A stretch of DNA of 64,000 nt, taken from Arcobacteraceae bacterium (lineage in GTDB: Bacteria > Campylobacterota > Campylobacteria > Campylobacterales > Arcobacteraceae). The stretch covers positions 192,001-256,000 of the forward strand of contig CBDCZH010000016.1 of NCBI GenBank assembly GCA_965224485.1, read 5' to 3'. Below are positions 37,702 through 47,092 of the stretch, one piece after another; positions within the stretch are counted from its first letter, which is position 1, and every line of letters starts with the position of its first letter. The notes below the pieces were generated by a model. The model searched no databases, was not told the origin of the DNA, and saw nothing but the letters and a program-made list of their open reading frames with translations. Both the position numbers and the translations under genes were made by a program.

Positions 37702-39569
37702 AAAAAACTATATTAATTTTTGTCTTTTTTATATCTTTATTAATAACCTTAGTATTGTCTTTAAATAATTCAAACAAAAAAATAGATTCTTTTTTCTTTG
37801 TATATAAAAATACTAGTGAGTTAATTTCTTTAAATAAAAATCTCGAGTTATTTATGAGCACTTCTTTGCATTATAATAATTTTGATTATATACAAAAAGA
37901 TATTACAAGACTCAATGCGGCAACTTTTTCAATACTTAGTAACTCTTTTTTTATACAAATTAATAACAAAAAGATTAAAGATGATTTTTTTATTTTAAAA
38001 AAATCTCTTAATCAAAAGATATTATATGTTGAAAGATTAATTACAAAAAGTGCTGCTTTAAATAACTCTTATCGATACTTACAAAGAATTTTTCAAAAAA
38101 TTGATAATAAGGAACTTACAAATATATATACATATTTAATTACTCTTGAGCATAACCCCTCTTTATTAGATACAAATATGACATATTTAATAAATACTTT
38201 AAAAACAAAAAATGAAAATGAAGTATTATTTATTTCTCATTCTAAACTAATTTTAAAATATCTTAAAGAGTTTGAAATATTAAAAGCTAAATCAAAAAAC
38301 TTGGACTTAGAAAATAAAATATTATCTTTTAAAAAAGTTTTTATAGAGCACTCTTCTAGTATGATTTCTTCAATTAAAGTGCTTATTTGGGTTTTGATGT
38401 TTTTCTTATTTATTGCTTTGATTTTTCTAATTTTTTATATTTATCAAACAACTAAAAGATCTAGTGAATTAAGTGCTTTTAAAAATGCTGTTCAAAATAG
38501 TGATAATATTGTAGTAATTACAAACAAAAATCATGAAATAAAGTTTGTAAATGAAACTTTTGAAAAAGCAACTGGTTATAGCTCAAAAGAAGCCTTAGGA
38601 CAAAAACCTTCTATTTTAAAATCAGGTGTTCATGATGAGATTTTTTATAATGACCTTAAAAGTACTATAGAAGCAGGTAAAAAATGGAGAGGTGAGTTTG
38701 TAAATAAAAATAAGTTTAATGAAGTTACTTATGAAAAAGCCTCAATAACTCCTATTTTTAATGAAAAAGGTGAGATTTACGAGTATATTGCTATTAAACT
38801 TGATATAACAAAAGAGAAACAAGCTAGCAAAGTTTTAAAAGAAAAAGAAGATTTATTAGCAAAACAGTCAAAAATGGTTTCTATGCGAGATATGTTAGAA
38901 TCTATTGCTCATCAGTGGAGACAGCCTTTATCTTCTATTTCAACAGCAGCAAGTGGCTTGAAGCTTAATAAAGAGTTTAAAACTCTTGATGATAAAAATT
39001 TTGATGAACTAACAGATGCTATTTTAAAAAACTCTTCATACTTATCAACTATTTTAGATAATTTTAAAAGTTTTTATAATGCAAAAAATGAAAAAACAGT
39101 TTTTCTTTTATCTCACTGCTTAGGAAGAATGAAGGATTTAATTTCGTATAAATTAAATGAAGAAAAAATTGAGCTTTTTATTACTAATAAAACTGATATT
39201 CAATTAGAAGGTTTAGAAAATGAACTGATGCAGGTTTTACTAAGTATTATAGTAAATTCCCAAGAAGCCTTTATCCGAAAAAAAATTGAAAACAAAAAAA
39301 TATTTATATCAATCTTTAAAGATGATTCAAATGTTTTAATTGAAATAAAAGATAATGCCCAAGGTATTGATGATGATATTATTCCTCATATTTTTGAACC
39401 ATATTTTACAACTAAGCATAAATCACAAGGTACAGGTTTAGGTTTATATATGACATATGAGACTATCAAAAATCATTTTTTAGGAGTTATTTACATAGAT
39501 AATACCCAATATGAATATGAAGATATTGTTTTAAAAGGAGTAAAGGTAACTATTAAAATACCTTTATAA
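37698..39569 (+). CDS. Sensor histidine kinase (all-helical periplasmic domain, probably DAHL-type, plus PAS)
   Basis: Two TM segments, PAS (VNETFEKATGYS...G.KPSILKSG), IAHQWRQPL and GTGLGLY motifs. Confidence 0.9.
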   Translation: MKKTILIFVFFISLLITLVLSLNNSNKKIDSFFFVYKNTSELISLNKNLELFMSTSLHYNNFDYIQKDITRLNAATFSILSNSFFIQINNKKIKDDFFILKKSLNQKILYVERLITKSAALNNSYRYLQRIFQKIDNKELTNIYTYLITLEHNPSLLDTNMTYLINTLKTKNENEVLFISHSKLILKYLKEFEILKAKSKNLDLENKILSFKKVFIEHSSSMISSIKVLIWVLMFFLFIALIFLIFYIYQTTKRSSELSAFKNAVQNSDNIVVITNKNHEIKFVNETFEKATGYSSKEALGQKPSILKSGVHDEIFYNDLKSTIEAGKKWRGEFVNKNKFNEVTYEKASITPIFNEKGEIYEYIAIKLDITKEKQASKVLKEKEDLLAKQSKMVSMRDMLESIAHQWRQPLSSISTAASGLKLNKEFKTLDDKNFDELTDAILKNSSYLSTILDNFKSFYNAKNEKTVFLLSHCLGRMKDLISYKLNEEKIELFITNKTDIQLEGLENELMQVLLSIIVNSQEAFIRKKIENKKIFISIFKDDSNVLIEIKDNAQGIDDDIIPHIFEPYFTTKHKSQGTGLGLYMTYETIKNHFLGVIYIDNTQYEYEDIVLKGVKVTIKIPL

Positions 39570-39621
39570 GAGTTAATATTGTCCTTTATTTGTTTGATAC
39601 TAAAACATAAGAGTTTAACTC

Positions 39622-40857
39622 TTATGTTTTAATTTGACCATCTCCATATATTTTATATTTAAATGTTGTTAAATCATTTATTCCCATAGGTCCTCTTGAA
39701 TGAAGTTTATTTGTAGAAATTCCAACTTCAGCTCCTAGGCCAAAAGCAGCACCATCAGTAAATCTTGTACTCGCATTAGCATATACACAAGCCGCATCAA
39801 CTCTGTCTAAGAATAAGTTAACACTAGTGTAGTTTTGACTTAAAATTGCTTCACTGTGTCCTGAGCCATATTTATTTATATGAAAAATAGCCTCATCTAA
39901 ATCTTTTACTACTTTAATATTTAAAATATTTGCTAAATACTCAGTATCATAGTCTTCATGACTTGCACATTGAATATCTATATATTGTCTCGTCTCTTCA
40001 CAACCTTTTAAACTTGTTTTTTCTTTAATAAAAGCTTCATGTAAAGCTGGCAAGATATAAGGAGCTACATCTTTATGTACTAAAAGAGTTTCCATAGCAT
40101 TACAAACACCTGGTCTTTGGCATTTTGCATTTACAGCTATTTCTATTGCTTTTTCATGGTTAGCATCTTTATCAATATATGTATGGCATAAACCCTTATC
40201 ATGTTTTATAACAGGAACACTAGCATTTGCACTTACAAATTTTATTAGGGCTTCTCCACCTCTTGGAATAATTAAATCAACATACTTATCTTGTACAATA
40301 AGTTCAGCCACACCTTCTCTGGTGTCATTTGGTAAAAGGGCAATAGCTTGTTGTGGTAGTTTATTTTTAGCTAATACTGCTCTTAAAACACTTGCAATTG
40401 CTTTATTTGAATGATTTGCTTCTTTTCCACCTTTTAATACACATACATTTCCACTTTTAAAACATAAGGCTGCTGTATCTGAAGTTACATTTGGTCTGCT
40501 TTCATAAATAATACCAATAACTCCAATAGGAATTGAAACTTTTTGAATATTTAAGCCATTTGGAGTTACCCAGCCATCTAATGTTCTTCCTAGGGGTTCT
40601 TTTTGTAAAGCAATATTATCTATGGCTTTTGCCATTGCCATTACTCTTTGCCCTGTTAAAAGAAGTCTATCGACTAAATCATCACTAAGATTGTTTTTTT
40701 TAGCCTCTTTCATATCAAGATCATTCTTGCTTATAATAAAATCACAATGTTCAATTAAAGCTTGTGACATATCTTGTAATACTTTAGTTTTAAGCTCTCC
40801 GCTTAAGCTAGCTATTTCATGGCTGATTTTTTTTGATTCTTCTAAAAATTGTTTCAT
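39622..40857 (-). CDS. proA: Gamma-glutamyl phosphate reductase
   Basis: IIYESRPNVT, CNAMETLL and NASTRFTDG...GAEVGIST.KLHSRGP motifs. Confidence 0.97.
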   Translation of the reverse strand: MKQFLEESKKISHEIASLSGELKTKVLQDMSQALIEHCDFIISKNDLDMKEAKKNNLSDDLVDRLLLTGQRVMAMAKAIDNIALQKEPLGRTLDGWVTPNGLNIQKVSIPIGVIGIIYESRPNVTSDTAALCFKSGNVCVLKGGKEANHSNKAIASVLRAVLAKNKLPQQAIALLPNDTREGVAELIVQDKYVDLIIPRGGEALIKFVSANASVPVIKHDKGLCHTYIDKDANHEKAIEIAVNAKCQRPGVCNAMETLLVHKDVAPYILPALHEAFIKEKTSLKGCEETRQYIDIQCASHEDYDTEYLANILNIKVVKDLDEAIFHINKYGSGHSEAILSQNYTSVNLFLDRVDAACVYANASTRFTDGAAFGLGAEVGISTNKLHSRGPMGINDLTTFKYKIYGDGQIKT

Positions 40858-40970
40858 GTTATATCCTATGTTTTACATATTTTATATAAGTAATATAATC
40901 TTATCTAAAAAATCTTTTTAGATATTTAAAATGAGTAGGTAAGAGAGGGTTAAAGTTAAGAGTAAGTATA

Positions 40971-40994
40971 AATAGCAGAATAAATCTGCTATTT
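40971..40994 (-). terminator. Intrinsic terminator after trxA
   Basis: AATAGCAGA-ataaa-TCTGCTATT hairpin just past the trxA stop. Confidence 0.6.
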
Positions 40995-41000
40995 AAAATA

Positions 41001-41318
41001 TTATAATAAAGAGTTAATTTTCTCAGTTAGTACTTGTTTAGAGTTTGCTCCAACTAAAGTATCAACAACTTCTCCATTTTTCATAAATAGCATTGTAGGA
41101 ATTGATCTTACTCCATATTTTACTGCTAAATCTTGTTGTTCATCACTATTTACTTTACAAATCTTTGCTTTTCCGTCAAAATCTACTGCTAATTCATCAA
41201 TAACAGGTGCAATCATTCTACAAGGTCCACACCAAGGTGCCCAGAAGTCTACTAAAGATACCCCTTCTTTTACTGTTGCATCAAAATTTTCATTTGTTAA
41301 TTCAATATATTTACTCAT
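41001..41318 (-). CDS. trxA: Thioredoxin
   Basis: DFWAPWCGPC motif. Confidence 0.97.
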   Translation of the reverse strand: MSKYIELTNENFDATVKEGVSLVDFWAPWCGPCRMIAPVIDELAVDFDGKAKICKVNSDEQQDLAVKYGVRSIPTMLFMKNGEVVDTLVGANSKQVLTEKINSLL

Positions 41319-41444
41319 TTAAATTCCTTTTAATTTTTTATGTTGAATAATATCAGTTAAAGTACTAATTGTCAAGTACATACCAAAGTGTTATATAGGT
41401 ACCTTTAAGTAACCATATGATAAAATTTTCTAAATGAGGTGATT

Positions 41445-41798
41445 ATGGATAAAAAAAATTACAACTGTTTTTTTCAATTAGCAACAGATATTATTGGTGG
41501 CAAATGGAAAGGTATGGTTTTATGGGCACTTAAAAATGGAGTTTTAAGAAATGGGGAACTAAAAAAATTAATTCCTGCAATAAGTCAAAAAATGTTAACA
41601 CAACAATTAAGAGAATTAGAAGAAATTGGTGTTGTAAATAGAGTTGTTTATCCAGTTATTCCACCTAAAGTTGAGTACAACTTAAGCCCTATTGGAGAAA
41701 AACTAATTCCAATCTTAGAAGATTTACATGATTGGGGCAAAGAATATGCAATAGATAAAGAAATAGATTTAGAATTAAACTCTAATTGTTTGGTTTAA
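41445..41798 (+). CDS. HxlR-family winged-helix regulator
   Basis: N-terminal Cys, IGGKWK, ISQKMLTQQLRELE and PPKVEY motifs; ATG at 41445 after GAGG. Confidence 0.92.
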   Translation: MDKKNYNCFFQLATDIIGGKWKGMVLWALKNGVLRNGELKKLIPAISQKMLTQQLRELEEIGVVNRVVYPVIPPKVEYNLSPIGEKLIPILEDLHDWGKEYAIDKEIDLELNSNCLV

Positions 41799-41817
41799 TA
41801 TAAACAGAAAAATCTGT

Positions 41818-42792
41818 TTATATTTTTACTAAATATCTTCCAACAGCTTTTCCAGCCAAAAGTTTTTCGTAAGCTTCTTTGATTCCTTCTAAAGATATTT
41901 CACTTGTTAAATCCTCCAAAGTATCAATTTTAAACTCTTCTGCTAATTTTTTCCAAGCGTCTTCTTTTTTCTCTAACTTTGCTTCAACAGAGTCAATACC
42001 AATAAGTCTAACTCCTCTTAAAATAAAAGGAAAAACATTGGTATTAAGTTCATGAGATGATGTTAAACCACAACAAGTTGCAACTCCATCATATTTAATA
42101 GCTTTTAATGCTTCATTTAAAATGTTTCCCCCAACTGTATCAATGACTGCATCAAATCTTTCTTTGTTCATAGGTTTTTTGTTTTCAAGGTCAAAATCTT
42201 TTCTAAGAATCACTTCTTTAGCCCCTAGTTTTTTTAAAAAAGGAATTTTTTCTTCTTTTCCTGAAATAGCAACTACATTAAATCCAAGTTTTGCCAATAT
42301 AGAAATAGCAATACTTCCCACTCCTCCTGTTGCTCCTGTTACTAAAACTTCGCCAGAACTAATGCCATTATTTAATAACTCATTTACACTTAAAGCAGCA
42401 GTCAATCCAGCAGTTCCATAAATCATAATTTCTTTTGCACTTATGTTTGTGGGTTTTTTTACTACCCAAGATGCTGGAACTTTTACAAATTGGGCATGTC
42501 CTCCATCTGTATTCATTCCCATATCATAACCAGTTACTAAAACTTCATCATTTACCTTAAAGGAAGTAGAGTTACTTTCTTCAATTATTCCTGCTACATC
42601 TATTCCTGTTATATGAGGAAAACTTCGTGTAACTCCTGGATTTCCAATAGAACTAAGAGCATCTTTAAAATTAAGCGAAGAATAACTTACTTTAATTAAT
42701 ACTTCGTCTAAAGAAATTGTAGGTTTCTCTACTTCTTTTACATAAGAACTATATTTTTTATTTTCACTTTTTTCTACAACATAAGCTTTCAT
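41818..42792 (-). CDS. YhdH/AcuI-type quinone oxidoreductase (acryloyl-CoA reductase family)
   Basis: YSSLNFKDAL, GTAGLTA, VTGATGGVGS and PFILRGVRLIGIDS motifs; ATG after AGGAG. Confidence 0.9.
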   Translation of the reverse strand: MKAYVVEKSENKKYSSYVKEVEKPTISLDEVLIKVSYSSLNFKDALSSIGNPGVTRSFPHITGIDVAGIIEESNSTSFKVNDEVLVTGYDMGMNTDGGHAQFVKVPASWVVKKPTNISAKEIMIYGTAGLTAALSVNELLNNGISSGEVLVTGATGGVGSIAISILAKLGFNVVAISGKEEKIPFLKKLGAKEVILRKDFDLENKKPMNKERFDAVIDTVGGNILNEALKAIKYDGVATCCGLTSSHELNTNVFPFILRGVRLIGIDSVEAKLEKKEDAWKKLAEEFKIDTLEDLTSEISLEGIKEAYEKLLAGKAVGRYLVKI

Positions 42793-42846
42793 ATACACTC
42801 CTATACTTTTTTCTTAAGTTTAGCTAAACTACAAGTATATAACAAG

Positions 42847-42884
42847 TACTAACTAAAAAGATAGATACTTACTAAAAAGATACT
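42847..42884. promoter_or_regulatory. Tandem 19-bp operator-like repeats between yhdH and the divergent HxlR gene
   Basis: TACTAACTAAAAAGATAGA / TACTTACTAAAAAGATACT. Confidence 0.55.
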
Positions 42885-42906
42885 TAAGTGAATTTAAGGG
42901 ATTTAT

Positions 42907-43233
42907 ATGGCTAAAAAAATTGAAAAAATTTATGAGAAGTGTCCAGTTGAAACTGCATTAGATGTTTTATTAGGTAAATGGAAGATATTAATTTTATGGT
43001 ATTTAAGAGCTGAAACTAAAAGATTTAGCGAATTACAAAAACTATTACCACATACAACACAAAAAATGTTAATTCAAAAATTAAGAGAGTTAGAAAAAGA
43101 TGGAATTGTGAAAAGAGAGGTATATCCTGTTGTTCCTCCAAAAGTTGAGTACTCTTTAACTCTTTATGGTCAAAGTCTAAAACCTATTTTAAAGCAACTT
43201 TACTTGTGGGGAGAAATACATAAGAAAAAATAG
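42907..43233 (+). CDS. HxlR-family winged-helix regulator
   Basis: [15 protein letters not shown] and PPKVEYSLT motifs. Confidence 0.93.
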   Translation: MAKKIEKIYEKCPVETALDVLLGKWKILILWYLRAETKRFSELQKLLPHTTQKMLIQKLRELEKDGIVKREVYPVVPPKVEYSLTLYGQSLKPILKQLYLWGEIHKKK

Positions 43234-43289
43234 AATTTTTTATTTTATTGATTAACATAAAAAGAGATTACTCCCTTTTTATGATTTCT

Positions 43290-45752
43290 TTACGATATTA
43301 TATTTGGTTTATCAAATACAGTAATTTTTGGAATTTCTTCTTTATATTTCTCTATATCTGCTAAAACAGTATTCGCAATATTCCCTTGTGCTAATTTTGA
43401 TGTTCCTTTATCAATAGTAAGTTGATTTACATCTCCATGTTTACACATAGTATTTTTCTTACTTGAATCCTGTGGATCATACCAACCACCTTCATCCATT
43501 TTAAGAACACCAGGTAGTACATTGTTTGTTACAATTGCTCCTGCTAAAGTAGAACCTCTTTGGTTAAACACTTTTACAATATCTCCATTTTTAATACCTC
43601 TTAATTTTGCATCTTGAGGATTAATCCAAATAGGTTCTCTTCCTTGTACTTCATATAATTCTCTTAACCATGTATTACTAAGTTGTGAGTGTAATCTATA
43701 TTTAGGATGAGGAGATAGTACATGAAAAGGATATTTTTTAGCAATTTTTGACCCTAACCATTCTGCTGGTTCAATCCAAGATGGATATGCTAAACAATCA
43801 TCATATTTAAATTTCTCAATAGTTCTAGAAGAAATCTCAATTCTACCTGAAGGAGTACCAAGAGGATTTAACATTGGATTTTTTCTATATGTTTCATATC
43901 TTGTAAAGTTTTTTGCTTCTTTGCTTACATCAAATTTAACAAAACCTTTTTCCCAAAATTCTTCAAATGATGGCATTTTAATATTTTTTTGCTCTGCTTG
44001 AGATTTTGAATTATTATAAAATTCTTTTATCCAATCTAACTGTGTTTCTTTTCCATCTGTGAACTCTTTTTCATAACCCATTTTTTTAGAAATTAATCTA
44101 CAAATTTCGTAATCATCTTTAGATTCTTTTATAGGTTCAATTGCTTTTTTCATAGCTATAATATGGCTACTATTATAATCTCCAATTACTTCAATATCAT
44201 TTCTTTCAATTTCAGTAGTTGCTGGCAATACGATATCAGCCATTCTCGCTGTTGGAGTCCAAAAAGGGTCATGAACAATAAATGTTTCTAATTTTTCCCA
44301 AGCTTTAATCATAGTATTTCTATCTTGGTGGTGATGAAATGGATTTCCACTTGTCCAGTAAACCATTTTTATATCAGGATATGTGATTTTTTTACCATTA
44401 AAATCAATTTCTTTACCTGGATTTTGAATCATATCAACCATTCTTGCACAAGGAATGTTAAATGTTTTATAATCTAACCAAGGTCCCTTTTTATTACTAT
44501 TAATATTTGTAGAAATTCCACCTAATCCAGGAGCATTAGCACTTGGTGTTCCCCCATTTGAATAATGATAACTAAGTCCGAAACCACAACCAGGAACTCC
44601 AATTTGCCCTAACATTGCAGCTAATGTTACTAACATCCAGTGAAATTGTTCACCATGATCAGCTCTTTGTACAGCCCATCCTGCCATTAACATTGTATTA
44701 TTATCTTTTAATTGTTTTGCAAACTTTTTAATTACATTTTCATCAACTCCACAAATTTCAGAAGCCCATTTTGCACTTTTAGGAGTATTATCATTTGTTC
44801 CTAATAAATATTTTTTAAATTTATTAAATCCTACTGTATATTTTTTAATAAATTTGGCATCATACTGTTTTGATGTATATAAATAATGTATCATTCCTAA
44901 CATCATTGCTGTATCAGTATTTGGTTTAGGCTTTATTTCACTTGCATTAAAATACATAGCTGTATCATTTGTAATTGGATCAACTGAATATACATTGATA
45001 TTACCTTTTTCTTTTTCTTTTTTTAGTTGTTCTAAATAAGGAAAAGCTCCATGTCCTGCAACATCCCACTCAATTTGGCAAGTTACCATAGGATTAGCAC
45101 CCCAAAAAACAACATTTTTTGCATGTTTTAAAACTAATGGCCAAGATGTTTGTTGTTCATAAACTTCTATGCTTCCCACAACATGTGGCATAATTACTTG
45201 AGCTGCTGCTGTTGAATAATCACCTGTTCTACCAGTATATCCACCAGATATTTTCATCATTCTATTCATCAATGTTTGAGGATTATGAAGTTTTCCTGTA
45301 CAATACCAACCATAACTACCTGCATAAATACTTTTATAACCATGTGTTTTTTGAACTCTTATAATTTCGTCACTTACTAACTCAATTGCTTTATCCCAAG
45401 ATACTCTTACAAATTTCTCGCTACCTCTTTTAGAACTATCACTTTTATATCCATCTTTTAGAAACCCTTCTCTTACCATTGGGTACTCAACTCGAGTTTT
45501 TGCATATGTTCTACTAGGAAGTGCATTAATCATAGGACTTGGGTGGACATCATCTTCAAAAGGTGTAACTCCTGTGAATTGACCACCTCTTACATGTGCT
45601 CTAAATGCACCAAAATGTGAGCCACTAATAAACTTTGATTTATTTGCAATTGGACCGCTTATTAGACTATTAGCACTTGATTGTGTAACTGCTGCAACAG
45701 TTGCAACAGCACCTATACCTTTTATAAAACCTCTTCTATTGATTTTTTCCAT
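43290..45752 (-). CDS. Tat-exported Mo-bisPGD S-/N-oxide reductase (TorZ/BisC/DorA type)
   Basis: NRRGFIK Tat motif, SYGW (Tyr retained), GDYSTAAAQ Mo-Ser ligand, QRADHGEQ, HPKYRLHSQ. Confidence 0.92.
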   Translation of the reverse strand: MEKINRRGFIKGIGAVATVAAVTQSSANSLISGPIANKSKFISGSHFGAFRAHVRGGQFTGVTPFEDDVHPSPMINALPSRTYAKTRVEYPMVREGFLKDGYKSDSSKRGSEKFVRVSWDKAIELVSDEIIRVQKTHGYKSIYAGSYGWYCTGKLHNPQTLMNRMMKISGGYTGRTGDYSTAAAQVIMPHVVGSIEVYEQQTSWPLVLKHAKNVVFWGANPMVTCQIEWDVAGHGAFPYLEQLKKEKEKGNINVYSVDPITNDTAMYFNASEIKPKPNTDTAMMLGMIHYLYTSKQYDAKFIKKYTVGFNKFKKYLLGTNDNTPKSAKWASEICGVDENVIKKFAKQLKDNNTMLMAGWAVQRADHGEQFHWMLVTLAAMLGQIGVPGCGFGLSYHYSNGGTPSANAPGLGGISTNINSNKKGPWLDYKTFNIPCARMVDMIQNPGKEIDFNGKKITYPDIKMVYWTSGNPFHHHQDRNTMIKAWEKLETFIVHDPFWTPTARMADIVLPATTEIERNDIEVIGDYNSSHIIAMKKAIEPIKESKDDYEICRLISKKMGYEKEFTDGKETQLDWIKEFYNNSKSQAEQKNIKMPSFEEFWEKGFVKFDVSKEAKNFTRYETYRKNPMLNPLGTPSGRIEISSRTIEKFKYDDCLAYPSWIEPAEWLGSKIAKKYPFHVLSPHPKYRLHSQLSNTWLRELYEVQGREPIWINPQDAKLRGIKNGDIVKVFNQRGSTLAGAIVTNNVLPGVLKMDEGGWYDPQDSSKKNTMCKHGDVNQLTIDKGTSKLAQGNIANTVLADIEKYKEEIPKITVFDKPNIIS

Positions 45753-45754
45753 AA

Positions 45755-46339
45755 TTATTCCTTTCTTGCTTTTTCTTGTACATATTTTGTCACTAAAACT
45801 GATTCTTTTTTATTTAATCCAGCTCTTGAAGCCATAGATTTGATTACCCCTGGCCATTGATTTGCTGTGAAATGCTCTAAATCAGGTGTAGCATGACATG
45901 CACCACATCTTTGTTCATATAAAGTTTGGGCTTTTTTCCAAACCATTAATATATTATTTACAGTATTTTTTTCTTTAATCCATAATTTTATAGATACCTT
46001 GTTCCATACTGTTTCATAATAATCACTTTGCTTTTTAATAACTTTTATATCTTTAATTAAACTTTCATCAAGTACAGCATAAATAACTCTAACCCCAATA
46101 TTTTTAAAAATAATAGTTTCAGAGCCCTCTGAACTCCAACCAGTAAGTTCAACAAGTACTAAGTCATTTTTCTTTTTTATAAATCTAAGTGGTGTTGCAG
46201 GTTCAATATGTCCCTTTTTTACCGATGTATCTGGATTTAGGTATATATTTGCATTTTTTTGAGTATAGATATTCTTAGCATTTGCAAAAGATAAACTTGT
46301 GCATAGAATAAATATAAAAACAAAAATTCTTCTTTTCAT
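45755..46339 (-). CDS. Monohaem cytochrome c, probable electron donor (resembles TorC C-terminal domain)
   Basis: Signal peptide, CGACH, HFTANQW...M. Confidence 0.85.
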   Translation of the reverse strand: MKRRIFVFIFILCTSLSFANAKNIYTQKNANIYLNPDTSVKKGHIEPATPLRFIKKKNDLVLVELTGWSSEGSETIIFKNIGVRVIYAVLDESLIKDIKVIKKQSDYYETVWNKVSIKLWIKEKNTVNNILMVWKKAQTLYEQRCGACHATPDLEHFTANQWPGVIKSMASRAGLNKKESVLVTKYVQEKARKE

Positions 46340-46380
46340 AGATTCTCCTTAAAATTCATTTGTAATAAAATTATATAAGG

Positions 46381-46402
46381 AAACTGTGAATAAACTATGA
46401 AT
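46381..46402. promoter_or_regulatory. 11-bp-period direct repeat (OmpR-type box) upstream of the cytochrome/reductase operon
   Basis: AAACTGTGAAT AAACTATGAAT, next to an OmpR-family regulator gene. Confidence 0.55.
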
Positions 46403-46405
46403 TTT

Positions 46406-47092
46406 TTAGATATCTAATAAATATCCTAATCCCTGTATGTTTTTAAATAAATCTAAATGAGTTTTTTTTCTTAATTTTTTTATATATGCTCGTATAGTAT
46501 CTTGAGTAGCACCTTTTTCTTGCCAGACATAATTTTCTATCATAATGTAAGTAACTAAGTGTTTTTTGTTATGTATAAATAATTCTAAAAGTCTTTTTTC
46601 TATTTTAGTTAAAGAAATAAGTTCTCTTTTTTTATATAACTCTTTAGTTCGCGTATTATAATGAAATTCATTTTTTAAATTAATTGTACTTTGTGTATCA
46701 AATATTTGAGCAATTGTTATTTTCATAGCAGTGATTAATTGTTTTTTATCAAAAGGTTTGTTAAGTAAAGTACTAGAATGAAGTTTTATAGCTTCCAAAA
46801 TATTATCATCTGTATTATAAGCAGTTAAGAAAATAACAGGAAGATTAGGATTTGTTTTCCTTACTTCTTTAATCATCTTAAGTCCATTCATATCAATCAT
46901 ATTAATATCAGTTATGATTAAATCAAGATCTTTTTTATAAAAAATATCTAAGCCTTGTTTACCATTTGAACTTTCATAAACTTCTTTTACTAAAGGTTCT
47001 ATGGATTCTTTTATTACTTGTCTTAAATTATCTTCATCTTCAACTAAGAGGATTTTTAATTCTTTTAAAAATATATCAATTTGATTTGTCAA
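46406..47092 (-). CDS. OmpR-family response regulator
   Basis: VEDE, TDINM and KP receiver motifs, plus winged helix (GLGY). Confidence 0.92.
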   Translation of the reverse strand: MTNQIDIFLKELKILLVEDEDNLRQVIKESIEPLVKEVYESSNGKQGLDIFYKKDLDLIITDINMIDMNGLKMIKEVRKTNPNLPVIFLTAYNTDDNILEAIKLHSSTLLNKPFDKKQLITAMKITIAQIFDTQSTINLKNEFHYNTRTKELYKKRELISLTKIEKRLLELFIHNKKHLVTYIMIENYVWQEKGATQDTIRAYIKKLRKKTHLDLFKNIQGLGYLLDI

